Part shown: in pieces, positions 43,227 through 52,440 of the stretch | Layout: every line of letters starts with the position of its first letter | How positions within the stretch are numbered: position 1 is the stretch's first letter | Assembly (NCBI GenBank): GCA_902492995.1 | Contig: CABUNR010000002.1 | Location: forward strand, 22,561 to 86,560 | Reading direction: 5' to 3' | Source of the DNA: an uncultured Bacillota bacterium | GTDB lineage: Bacteria > Bacillota_I > Bacilli_A > RF39 > UBA660 | Length of the DNA: 64,000 bases | Translations under genes and position numbers: made by a program | The notes under the pieces: model-generated | The model's database searches: none | What the model was told of the DNA's origin: nothing | Seen by the model: the letters and a program-made list of their open reading frames with translations, nothing else

Positions 43227-43865
43227 GTGATGAAAAAAAATATTTGTTTTTGTCTATTATTAATCCTTATTGTTTTGAGTCCCAAACATACAAAAGCTAG
43301 TTGCAACGATAGTGAAATAATAAGATTACAGAAATTAGCAAGTAATGTTAATATAACATATACAGCAAATGAAAATACACAAAAGTTTGATATTATAATT
43401 ACAAATTTAAAAAATGATTTGGTTTTAAAGGATGTTTATTCAAATAAAACTTATAATACTAATAGAGAAGTTACAATAAAAAATGCTTCTTCAGGTGCTC
43501 ATAGATTCTTGATATATGCAAAAGATAAAGAATGTACGAGTGATATATTAAAAGAAAAATATATAAAATTACCATTTTATAATTCTTATTATAAAAGAAG
43601 TGAATGTAAAGGCATAGAAAATTATGTATATTGTAGCAAATGGATGGATGTAAATTTAGATCAATCCGTTTATGAACAAAAAATAAATGAACATTTAAAC
43701 AATATGAAAAAAAATGAAGTTACGATAAAAGAAAATAATGGTAGTGGACTTTTAAAAAAAATAGTCGAGATATATACTAAATATTATTACATAATTATTC
43801 CAACGGCAATATTGATTATGTGCATAGCAATATATAAAATAAATAAAAAAGAAAAGTTAGTTTAG
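43227..43865 (+). CDS. Small secreted Cys-containing protein with C-terminal TM anchor (paralog of 42502..43137)
   Basis: Signal peptide ending TKAS-C, same Cys spacing and C-terminal anchor as the paralog. Confidence 0.6.
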   Translation: MMKKNICFCLLLILIVLSPKHTKASCNDSEIIRLQKLASNVNITYTANENTQKFDIIITNLKNDLVLKDVYSNKTYNTNREVTIKNASSGAHRFLIYAKDKECTSDILKEKYIKLPFYNSYYKRSECKGIENYVYCSKWMDVNLDQSVYEQKINEHLNNMKKNEVTIKENNGSGLLKKIVEIYTKYYYIIIPTAILIMCIAIYKINKKEKLV

Positions 43866-43878
43866 AGGTGACTATTAT

Positions 43879-46794
43879 ATGAAAAAGAAATATTTATCTG
43901 TCTTGATTATACTTCTTTTATGTTTTACAGTAAAAGTAAAAGGTTGGTATAACGGTAATGGTGGATCCTTCCCTTCACCAAGTGGTTCAGCAACGTATTG
44001 CGAGTCATTTTTAAAACCTTGCCAATATGAAAATTATTCTTATTTTTCTTTGCAACTTAGATTATATTATTTTGATGGAAATGGTAATGCAGAACAAATA
44101 GGTGGTACATATTATGCAACAAATGAAAATGGATATAGTAAACTTTCAAAATTAGTGGATGCGAATAATATCATTAAAGTCGAAGGAATGAAAAATATTG
44201 GGCCAAAAGATCCTGATAGATATGATAAAGCAAGCGAGGAACTAAAAAAATTTTTGGGAGACACTGATGAGAATAAATTCACAAATGTAATAAACAATAA
44301 TTTAAGAGATTTTTTTAAAAAAGCTGCTGGAAATAATTTCGAATCAACATTAAATAAAGAAACAGAAAATGCAGATCCAAGCAACAAAAAACCAGCAAAA
44401 AAAGGTTATAGAATAATAATTGAACCAGCAATTTTATATATTAAAGCTCCATGGACTGGTGGTAATGGTGCTATCATTTCAGTAAAAGGTGCAGCAGTTA
44501 AAAGGCTTAACAATAAATATGTTTGGGGAATAGATAGCTTACCTATGGTAAAAGGTGACTCAACACAAGCCGAAAAAAATCAAACACCACAATCACAATT
44601 TTTATATACAACGTTTGATGATGTTGGAATAGCAAGAGCAGGAACAAATAAAGAAGAAGCAAAAAGACATTGCTCTAACATAAATCTTAATGAATTAGCT
44701 GACACAAAAAAAGGTTGTGGATATAACATTATAGATGTCGGAAAATTTATAAGTCACCCAGAATGTTATGATAAAAAAGTTTCTGGAGGAATAAAATGTA
44801 CAAATACAGATGAAAATAATATAGGAGATTTTAGTGAAACATATACAAAAAGGGAATGCACAAAAGAAGAAAAAGATACTAATACTAACACACAATATGG
44901 AAAAGAAATAAAATCAAATGAAAATTGTACATTATATTGTAAGGAATATTCTAAAGCAAGTTTTCCAGGCAGCCTAGATAAAATATTTGATATAAATAAT
45001 GTTACAGAAGGAACATATTTTACATGGATTGGACAACCTGGTAAAAAAGGCACTTTAATGAATATGTACATGACAACAAAATTAAGCTGTACTATTGTAG
45101 AAAAAGAAAATAAAAAATGTACTAGTGATGATATAAATAATCTAAAAAAAAGTGCTATAGATACAGTAAAAAATAAAAAGCTATCAGCATCATTAACTGG
45201 TGGTACAAACAAGAAAATAAAAGGAAAAAAATTAGATATTGTATCAACAACTACAACGGAGATAAATGAAATAAAAAAAGTTGAATTAAATAATGATGGT
45301 GTTAGTAATTTATTTGAAGTATCTAAAAAGTCATACTTTAAAATACCAGATGATGTTAATAGATTATATAATAGGGAAAGTGGAAATGTATTTGATGGCA
45401 CGGTAGCCATAGATGAAAGCATTTTTGATAGAAAAATGGGAGTTATATCATTAAGCAAAAATGATGATACCTCTAAAACATATGATTTGGAAATTTCAAA
45501 TGTAGATATTGGAAATGAAGAATTTAATAAATTAATTAGTACTTATGTATGTCATTATAGAATAACAGATTCATCGTGTGTTTGCCCTGAGGGAACAATT
45601 AAAGCTGGTGAACCTTTATATGATAAGTTGACTAATGGTAAAACATGCCCTGAATTACAAGCAACAGAATGTAATATATGCGAATGTGAAGAAGATTCAG
45701 ATTATCCTGGACAAGAAATATTACTAGGAGACGATGCTACAGCAGCAGCGTGTGAAAAGAAGAAAAATGAAATATGTTATGATAAAAATACATGCGATTA
45801 TAATGGAAAGAAAATTGATACATCAACCTGTGTAAAAGAACAAATGACTAAAGGATTAACTAAATCAGAGGCAAACATATATTGTAAACAACAATTATGC
45901 CCTGAATGTACTGATAAAAATGGAGATAAAGTTGACTTATCAGAATGTATATCAAAAGGAAATACATATAAAATTTGTGAATATAAATATTGTCCAAATA
46001 GTTTATGCCCAAATGGAATTTGTAATAGTTGTAGTAAAAATTGTTCTTGGAAATTGACAAAAAAATCAAAGACATCAATTGAATATTCAAAATCATGTTC
46101 AGATGGGAAAGATTGTGGAACTATTAAATTGTCATGCCCAGGTGGAAATAATAAAATGAATAATGCAGAAGATTGTGTGAAAAAACAATTAAATAGTAAA
46201 ATAAAAGGAAATACAATATCCACTGCATTAACTAGTGGATTAATAACAAATAATGATGTTCAAACTGCATTTAATGCATGTAGAAGTGAGGTATGCCCTT
46301 ATTCTGGAAGCAAAATAATATATAGACAAATAGATTTAAATGATCCATTTCCAGGAAAAGAACATAAAGGTACTAATACAAATGATGCTTTAAAATTATC
46401 AAACAATAATCAAAGCATTAGAACAAGAACACCAGGGTATAATTGGAATTCAAAAACAGTTATAGAATCAAAAATATTAAATGCAAGAGGTGCTAAAGGA
46501 TATGAACTATACAATAAAGATCCTTTATACATCATCAAATTGACACCAAGTACGATGAAAAAAATTAGAGCATATAATAAAAATAATAGTTATAATGATT
46601 TTAATTTAAAATGTACAAATAAAAATCAAAGTGCAGCATGTATAAGTAGATTTTTACATGAAAATACAGTTAATAATTTAAATGTAAAAGACTTTATTGT
46701 TTCATCATATGATGGAAAAAATAGTGTTAATGTATGTAACAATATGAACTATAATGAAGGCTCATTTAAATCATGCTATGAAAGTAATAATTAA
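43879..46794 (+). CDS. Giant cysteine-rich secreted protein 2 (971 aa), paralog of 38874..42416
   Basis: Signal peptide; same three conserved domains as protein 1 but with the LTGGTNKKI...YVCHY module placed before the single Cys-rich block. Confidence 0.7.
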   Translation: MKKKYLSVLIILLLCFTVKVKGWYNGNGGSFPSPSGSATYCESFLKPCQYENYSYFSLQLRLYYFDGNGNAEQIGGTYYATNENGYSKLSKLVDANNIIKVEGMKNIGPKDPDRYDKASEELKKFLGDTDENKFTNVINNNLRDFFKKAAGNNFESTLNKETENADPSNKKPAKKGYRIIIEPAILYIKAPWTGGNGAIISVKGAAVKRLNNKYVWGIDSLPMVKGDSTQAEKNQTPQSQFLYTTFDDVGIARAGTNKEEAKRHCSNINLNELADTKKGCGYNIIDVGKFISHPECYDKKVSGGIKCTNTDENNIGDFSETYTKRECTKEEKDTNTNTQYGKEIKSNENCTLYCKEYSKASFPGSLDKIFDINNVTEGTYFTWIGQPGKKGTLMNMYMTTKLSCTIVEKENKKCTSDDINNLKKSAIDTVKNKKLSASLTGGTNKKIKGKKLDIVSTTTTEINEIKKVELNNDGVSNLFEVSKKSYFKIPDDVNRLYNRESGNVFDGTVAIDESIFDRKMGVISLSKNDDTSKTYDLEISNVDIGNEEFNKLISTYVCHYRITDSSCVCPEGTIKAGEPLYDKLTNGKTCPELQATECNICECEEDSDYPGQEILLGDDATAAACEKKKNEICYDKNTCDYNGKKIDTSTCVKEQMTKGLTKSEANIYCKQQLCPECTDKNGDKVDLSECISKGNTYKICEYKYCPNSLCPNGICNSCSKNCSWKLTKKSKTSIEYSKSCSDGKDCGTIKLSCPGGNNKMNNAEDCVKKQLNSKIKGNTISTALTSGLITNNDVQTAFNACRSEVCPYSGSKIIYRQIDLNDPFPGKEHKGTNTNDALKLSNNNQSIRTRTPGYNWNSKTVIESKILNARGAKGYELYNKDPLYIIKLTPSTMKKIRAYNKNNSYNDFNLKCTNKNQSAACISRFLHENTVNNLNVKDFIVSSYDGKNSVNVCNNMNYNEGSFKSCYESNN

Positions 46795-46807
46795 AGGAGG
46801 TATATAA

Positions 46808-47209
46808 GTGAAAGAATCGTTTTGGGGAGCAATGATAATATCATTTGGAGTTATAGCAATACTTTTTATATACTTCTTTCAAAATATTACAAATACTGAT
46901 CAACAAAATTATAACTTGCTTAAAGAAACAACAGAAGCAGCAATGTATGATTCAATTGATCAAGTTGAATATCAAAAGAATGGAAATATAAAAATTAATG
47001 CAGAAAAATTTATAGAAAATTTTATAAGAAGATATGCAGAAAATGCAAGCTTATCTAATACATATGTTATTGAAATATATCATATAAGTGAGTACCCTCC
47101 AAAGGTTAGCTTATTAGTTAAATCATCAGAACAAACAACAGCAACAGGAGAAGTAATGGATTTTCAAATAACAAATAGAATAGATGCAATATTAGAAACA
47201 CCATATTAA
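46808..47209 (+). CDS. TadE/pseudopilin-like membrane protein
   Basis: GTG start with RBS aggagg; N-terminal hydrophobic helix then a 100-aa soluble domain; first gene of the Tad-like operon. Confidence 0.35.
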   Translation: MKESFWGAMIISFGVIAILFIYFFQNITNTDQQNYNLLKETTEAAMYDSIDQVEYQKNGNIKINAEKFIENFIRRYAENASLSNTYVIEIYHISEYPPKVSLLVKSSEQTTATGEVMDFQITNRIDAILETPY

Positions 47210-47265
47210 TTTTGAAATTCAAAATTATATATAGATGCGAAATTAAGAAAGAAAGGGAGAAAGAT

Positions 47266-48108
47266 ATGAATAATTTTATGATTTCGTTACAAAAGTTTTT
47301 TAAAAACAAAAACACAGTTACTATAATAGGAGTAGTAGCAATAATATTAATCTTGTTCTTTGGATATCGTTATCAAATAAAGAAACAAGTAAGCCCTGTA
47401 ACTGGTATACCTGTTGCAGCACAAACAATTCAACCAAGAACTAAAATAACAGCAGATATGTTAGAGTATATCGATGTAGCACCTATTGTTTTACAAAAAG
47501 GTGAAGTAATAACAAATAAAAACCTTATAATTGGAAAATATAGTAATTATAATACTATAATTCCAAAGGGAAGTATGTTTTATAACGCTACAGTTATAAA
47601 TGAAGAAGAATTACCAGATTCAGCATTTATTGAAGTTGCTGATGGTGAAGTACCATATAACTTTCCAGTTACAATGGATTCAACATATGGAAATTCAATT
47701 TATCCAGGAAATTATATAGATATTTATATGAAAGCCGAAGGTAAAGATGGAAAATTAATGGTAGGAAAATTACTTGAGAATGTAAAAGTACTAGCAGTTA
47801 AAGATTCCGCAGGAAGACATGTTTTTGAAAATAGTGAAGAATCAAGAACACCAGCATACTTAATTTTTGGAGTAAAACCAGAAATAAATATACTACTTAG
47901 AAAAGCAAGTTATATGGGTAACTACTCAGTTGTTTTATTCCCAGTACCACATGGAGCAACAGTTGATGAAGATGGAACAACAACAGTTACATCAGAAACA
48001 TTAAAGAATTTCATAAATGTTAACACAGTAGCTAATGATGAAATTGAAGATAAAAAAGATACAACAACAAATACAACAACAACTACAAACACAAATAAAC
48101 AAGGATAA
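47266..48108 (+). CDS. CpaB/RcpC-like Flp pilus assembly protein (SAF domain)
   Basis: Start refined to ATG 47266 (RBS aagggag). N-terminal TM, then a SAF-like segment (TKITADMLEYIDVAPIVLQKGEV) and an RcpC-like segment (YPGNYIDIYM...LLENVKVLAVKD); Thr-rich C-terminal tail. Confidence 0.55.
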   Translation: MNNFMISLQKFFKNKNTVTIIGVVAIILILFFGYRYQIKKQVSPVTGIPVAAQTIQPRTKITADMLEYIDVAPIVLQKGEVITNKNLIIGKYSNYNTIIPKGSMFYNATVINEEELPDSAFIEVADGEVPYNFPVTMDSTYGNSIYPGNYIDIYMKAEGKDGKLMVGKLLENVKVLAVKDSAGRHVFENSEESRTPAYLIFGVKPEINILLRKASYMGNYSVVLFPVPHGATVDEDGTTTVTSETLKNFINVNTVANDEIEDKKDTTTNTTTTTNTNKQG

Positions 48109-48114
48109 TAATTA

Positions 48115-49539
48115 ATGAATGATTCAATGTTTTCCCAAATTGATTTTGGGGAACTAAAAAAGTATTTGGATGATGATGATATAACCGATATTTCATATAG
48201 TAATAATGGACAACTATTTGTAAAAACTTTATCAAAAGGTATTTACAGAGTTGAAAATGAAACTGTTAACAATGCATTTATGGAAAAATTAGCATTTCAA
48301 TGTGCTAATGTTATGGGTAAAACATTTAATATGGCTCATCCATTTCTAGATGCTGAAGGAGCAGAGTTACGTTTGAACTTTGTTCACGATTCGATAGCTA
48401 AAAATGGTATAGCTGTATTAATTCGTAAAACTCCAGCTAAGATAAGACTGGAAAAAGACAAATTATTAAAAGAGGATTATATCGAATTAGATATACATGA
48501 TTTTTTAATGAAATGTGTTTGGGGGCATTGTAATATAATTGTGTGTGGAGAAACTGGTTCAGGTAAAACCGAATTTGTTAAATATTTAGCAGCACATACA
48601 AAAGAAGATGAAAAATTAATTACAATAGAGGATACACTTGAATTACATTTGGATCGTATATTCCCACATAGGGATATAGTAGCAATGAAAACAAATAATA
48701 TTGCTTCATATAGCGATGTATTAGTAACTTGTATGAGACAGAATCCTAAATGGATTTTGCTTTCAGAGGTTCGTAGTGCAGAAGCAGTTCTTGCAATAAG
48801 AAACTCCATCTCATCAGGACACTATATTTTATCAACAATACATGCTGATAAAGCATCAAGTATACCTAACCGTATGTATAGTTTGCTTGAAACAAATCAA
48901 GATATTGATCAATTTTTAAAATCTGTTTATAGATATATTCAACTTGGAATATATATTAGAGGGTATCAAGATAAAAGAACAAAAAGATTTCATCGTGAAA
49001 TAGGAGAAGTTACAGAATTTTATGTAACCGAAGATAATAAGGCAGAATATAATACGATTTATAGAAAAACAACGACAGGAAAAATAGTAAGAAAAAATCC
49101 ATCTAAATATCTGATAGATTACTTAGATGCACAAGGAGTTACAATTTCAAAAGATGAAATAAAAGAAGGAGAAACAGACGGACCTAGGAAAAATATAGAA
49201 GATCAACCTTTAGATTCAAATACTTCACAAAATATTCAAAAAGGAAATATTCAAAATAATGTACAAGGTAATATTCCTAATAACATGATTAATAATCAAA
49301 CAAATATTAGACCTAATACAATAATTAATAATCAACAAAATAGACCAAATGTAGGAAGTAATCAAATGCCTGGTATGCCAAATAATATAAATAGTAATCA
49401 GCCAATGTATAATCAAGCAAATTATCAAAATAGACAAGTAATTAATAATTCACAAAATCAAGGTTATAATCAAATAAATTATAATACGAATAGACAAGTT
49501 GTTAATCCATATGGGGTTAACATGAATAATTCAGAATAA
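48115..49539 (+). CDS. CpaF/TadA-type (VirB11 superfamily) secretion ATPase with a 115-aa C-terminal N/Q-rich tail
   Basis: Walker A GETGSGKT, Asp box ITIEDTLEL, Walker B/His box KWILLSEVRSAEA...STIHA. The tail from residue 360 is more than half N plus Q. Confidence 0.85.
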   Translation: MNDSMFSQIDFGELKKYLDDDDITDISYSNNGQLFVKTLSKGIYRVENETVNNAFMEKLAFQCANVMGKTFNMAHPFLDAEGAELRLNFVHDSIAKNGIAVLIRKTPAKIRLEKDKLLKEDYIELDIHDFLMKCVWGHCNIIVCGETGSGKTEFVKYLAAHTKEDEKLITIEDTLELHLDRIFPHRDIVAMKTNNIASYSDVLVTCMRQNPKWILLSEVRSAEAVLAIRNSISSGHYILSTIHADKASSIPNRMYSLLETNQDIDQFLKSVYRYIQLGIYIRGYQDKRTKRFHREIGEVTEFYVTEDNKAEYNTIYRKTTTGKIVRKNPSKYLIDYLDAQGVTISKDEIKEGETDGPRKNIEDQPLDSNTSQNIQKGNIQNNVQGNIPNNMINNQTNIRPNTIINNQQNRPNVGSNQMPGMPNNINSNQPMYNQANYQNRQVINNSQNQGYNQINYNTNRQVVNPYGVNMNNSE

Positions 49540-49552
49540 AGGAGGTAAATTA

Positions 49553-50458
49553 ATGGAATATGTAGTTTTTCTAATTATTGCATTAGTAGCAGTATTTGTT
49601 ATTTCTTATCGAAATAGTAGCGGGGAAAAAGTATATAAATATATTTCAAATAATGCTGGAAATATTTATGAAAAATACTCTCCTTATTCATTTAAAGAAG
49701 TAAGAAGAAAAGTAAAAGAATTAGGACAAGATTATACAAAAAAACAATATTTAATACAAATTACAATATTTGCAGCAGGAGCATCAGTCATTACATATCT
49801 TTACTTTTATAGTTTAATTATTTCGATATTTTATGCAATAGTTGCTATAATGGTAATACCATATCTTCAATATCTTAGATGTAAAAGAATATATAGTGAA
49901 TTTATTTTTGAACAAATACAAGTTTATACAACAAACGTAATAATGGAATTCGCAACTACTCAAGCTTTTGTTAAAGCACTTGAAGGAGTATATGAATCAG
50001 GAGTTTTAGAAGATCCTGTAAGAAGCGATGTAAAATTAATGATTGATATGGCTTATGATAATGGTACAATTGATGAATCTATAAAATTTTTTAATAAAAA
50101 ATATGATTATTACATAGTAAAAAATACTCATCAATTGTTCTTACAAATAACAAATGAAGGTTCTAAAAACTCAAGCGATGCACTTGAAAATATGAGCCAA
50201 GATATAGATATGCTTGTTGAATCAGTGTATAGAGATAGAATAGATAGAGCCAATTTCCATAAAAAGTTTGTAAGATTTGGTATAGTTTTATATCTTATGG
50301 TTATGCTTGTTCAATTCTTATTAAGCCCAGAAAGCTATATTGAATTATTAAATAGTAATTTTACTGTTAAATTATTATTGCATTTAATAATAATAATTAA
50401 TAGTTATTTCTTACTAAATGGAGAAAAATTTTATAATGAGAATGTAGGTGCTGAATAA
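49553..50458 (+). CDS. TadB-like (GspF-domain) pilus assembly membrane protein
   Basis: 301 aa with N-terminal TM, a central pair of TMs and a C-terminal TM; position directly after the ATPase. Confidence 0.45.
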   Translation: MEYVVFLIIALVAVFVISYRNSSGEKVYKYISNNAGNIYEKYSPYSFKEVRRKVKELGQDYTKKQYLIQITIFAAGASVITYLYFYSLIISIFYAIVAIMVIPYLQYLRCKRIYSEFIFEQIQVYTTNVIMEFATTQAFVKALEGVYESGVLEDPVRSDVKLMIDMAYDNGTIDESIKFFNKKYDYYIVKNTHQLFLQITNEGSKNSSDALENMSQDIDMLVESVYRDRIDRANFHKKFVRFGIVLYLMVMLVQFLLSPESYIELLNSNFTVKLLLHLIIIINSYFLLNGEKFYNENVGAE

Positions 50459-51246
50459 TGGAATTTGTAGCAATAGCAGTAATAATGATTTTTGTTCTTA
50501 TCTATACAAATAGAATAGATGCAAAAAGATTTTTAGGTGATGTAGAACCATACTTTAAAATGTTAATGGAAGATGATTATGTATTTTTGCTTAATTTAAG
50601 ATATGGTAGTAAAGATTTAGATGTAACAAAATTATTTAATGCAAGAATAAAAAATGCAGCATTAGTATTTGTAGCAGCAATAATATATTTCTTATTTACA
50701 AATATATCATTTATAAATGTTTTAATTGCTTTTATATTAGCCATTGTAACATTTAAAATGCCTTATACAAAATTACAAAATTATTATAGAGCAAATCTTG
50801 CAAAAATTAATCAAATGTTACCTTATTATTTAAAAAGTTTGGAAATATTAATACAACATTATACAGTTCCAGTAGCACTTGCAAGAAGTATTGAAACAGC
50901 ACCAGATATATTTAAACCAGGATTAAAAAAATTAGTAGAAAAAATTGAAAGCGGTGATTCTAGTATTGATCCTTATATGGATTTTGCAAAAGAATATCCA
51001 GTTAAAGATTCAATGAGAATGATGAGACTTTTATATCGTTTAAGTTTAGGAGCTCAAGAAAACAAACAAGAACAATTAGTAATGTTTGCAAAAAACGTTT
51101 CAACATTACAAAATAAAATGCGTGAAGATAAATATAAAGATCGTCTTGATGCAATGGAAAAGAAAACAATGATGATGTTATTTGCAACAGGTGGTGGAAT
51201 TTTAGCGCTTTTAATGTTTGCAATGATGAATATGATGAGTATTTAA
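50458..51246 (+). CDS. TadC-like (GspF-domain) pilus assembly membrane protein
   Basis: 262 aa with the same topology class; start overlaps the TadB-like stop (taATG), indicating translational coupling. Confidence 0.45.
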   Translation: MEFVAIAVIMIFVLIYTNRIDAKRFLGDVEPYFKMLMEDDYVFLLNLRYGSKDLDVTKLFNARIKNAALVFVAAIIYFLFTNISFINVLIAFILAIVTFKMPYTKLQNYYRANLAKINQMLPYYLKSLEILIQHYTVPVALARSIETAPDIFKPGLKKLVEKIESGDSSIDPYMDFAKEYPVKDSMRMMRLLYRLSLGAQENKQEQLVMFAKNVSTLQNKMREDKYKDRLDAMEKKTMMMLFATGGGILALLMFAMMNMMSI

Positions 51247-51332
51247 CGACTACTTGACAAAAGATATTGATAAAAATACTAAAAAGAGTTATAATAAAAA
51301 TGTATATATATTAAAATAAGGGTGGTGAGATA

Positions 51333-51557
51333 ATGAAAGAAGCAGCAGGAGAAGCAAATATGACAGTAATAACAATTGTTTTAATAGCAGTAGTTTTAGC
51401 AGTTGGTACAGTAATTGTTAATGGTATGATGAGTAATACAAAAAATAGTTCTGCATGTTCTGCCTGTGGTGGTGTATGGAAAGGTGGAAAATGTGTAACA
51501 TCAAGTACAGATAATACCGTTATAGATTATAGTAGCTGTAAAGGTGAAATGAAGTAA
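51333..51557 (+). CDS. Flp/type-IV-pilin-like small protein with Cys-rich C-terminus
   Basis: 74 aa; charged leader MKEAAGEA then a hydrophobic helix NMTVITIVLIAVVLAVGTVIV, followed by a 35-aa tail with 4 Cys. Confidence 0.4.
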   Translation: MKEAAGEANMTVITIVLIAVVLAVGTVIVNGMMSNTKNSSACSACGGVWKGGKCVTSSTDNTVIDYSSCKGEMK

Positions 51558-51572
51558 TATGGAGGTGTCTAA

Positions 51573-51983
51573 ATGAAGCAAGGGATAGGATTTTCGGTTA
51601 CAATCAATATAATTGCTATATTTATAGTGGTTACCTTTGCTTTTTTAGTGACCACTTTAAATTATTATAAAACTTATAAAATTAATAATGCTATAACAAG
51701 CAGTATAGAAAAATATGAAGGTTATAATGATTTAGCCAAAACAGAAATAGAAGAAAAATTAACAAGTTTAGGTTACGTTAATGGAAGTGTTAAATGTAAG
51801 GATAATAATTTAAATAATAGTAAATTTAGTTATTGTATATACGAACTTGATTTAAATCAAAATACAGGAAAATTTAAATATAAAATTGTAACATATCTAA
51901 ATTTTAATATTCCAATTATTAATACAACTTTAAATCTTCCAGTAACAACAACTACAGAACCAATTTATTATTTTAGTGATTAG
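51573..51983 (+). CDS. TadE/pseudopilin-like protein
   Basis: 136 aa; short leader MKQGIG then a hydrophobic helix and a soluble domain with 2 Cys; paralogous architecture to the next ORF. Confidence 0.35.
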   Translation: MKQGIGFSVTINIIAIFIVVTFAFLVTTLNYYKTYKINNAITSSIEKYEGYNDLAKTEIEEKLTSLGYVNGSVKCKDNNLNNSKFSYCIYELDLNQNTGKFKYKIVTYLNFNIPIINTTLNLPVTTTTEPIYYFSD

Positions 51984-51994
51984 GGAGGTAATAT

Positions 51995-52423
51995 ATGAGA
52001 GAAGCTACAGGTAATGCGCTTTTAACTATGATGATGACCTCAATTATTGCTATAATAATGATTTTTTTTGTAGGATCACTTAGTTATTCAAAAGCATACA
52101 GATTGAAAAATTATATTATTAATGAAATAGAAGAAAATAAAACTTGGAATAAAAGTTTAAGCGATAATCTTGACTCTTATTTTAAGGAAGTAGGGTATAG
52201 TGTTAAAAGAAATAATAGTACATGCCCAACTTTAGATAATAATAACTGTGATTCAAGAAATTTGTATGATGGTGGATATGAGGCATGCATATATAGATGC
52301 GGTAATGGAAATAATGAGTATTATAAGGTTATTACATTTATGAAATTTGATTTTCCAGTAATTGGAAGTGCATTAAAATTTAAAGTACAGGGTGAAACAA
52401 AACCTTTTAATGATTTTAATTAA
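51995..52423 (+). CDS. TadE/pseudopilin-like protein
   Basis: 142 aa; MREATGNALLTMMMTSIIAIIMIFFVG leader/helix, soluble domain with 5 Cys. Confidence 0.35.
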   Translation: MREATGNALLTMMMTSIIAIIMIFFVGSLSYSKAYRLKNYIINEIEENKTWNKSLSDNLDSYFKEVGYSVKRNNSTCPTLDNNNCDSRNLYDGGYEACIYRCGNGNNEYYKVITFMKFDFPVIGSALKFKVQGETKPFNDFN

Positions 52424-52440
52424 AAGATTGGGGTGATAGT

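Noticed and set aside
44766-45458. 230-aa minus-strand ORF and neighbouring minus-strand ORFs at 44112..44387, 45798..46223 and 39640..39927
   Set aside because: They are antisense to the giant Cys-rich genes, lack RBS context, and have F/L/S-rich compositions typical of AT-rich antisense frames.
48115-49539. Interpreting the VirB11-superfamily ATPase as the T4SS VirB11 rather than a Tad ATPase
   Set aside because: It is flanked by CpaB-like, TadB/TadC-like and pilin-like genes and separated from the T4SS core by the TadZ-like gene, so its context favours CpaF/TadA. This remains unresolved without phylogeny.
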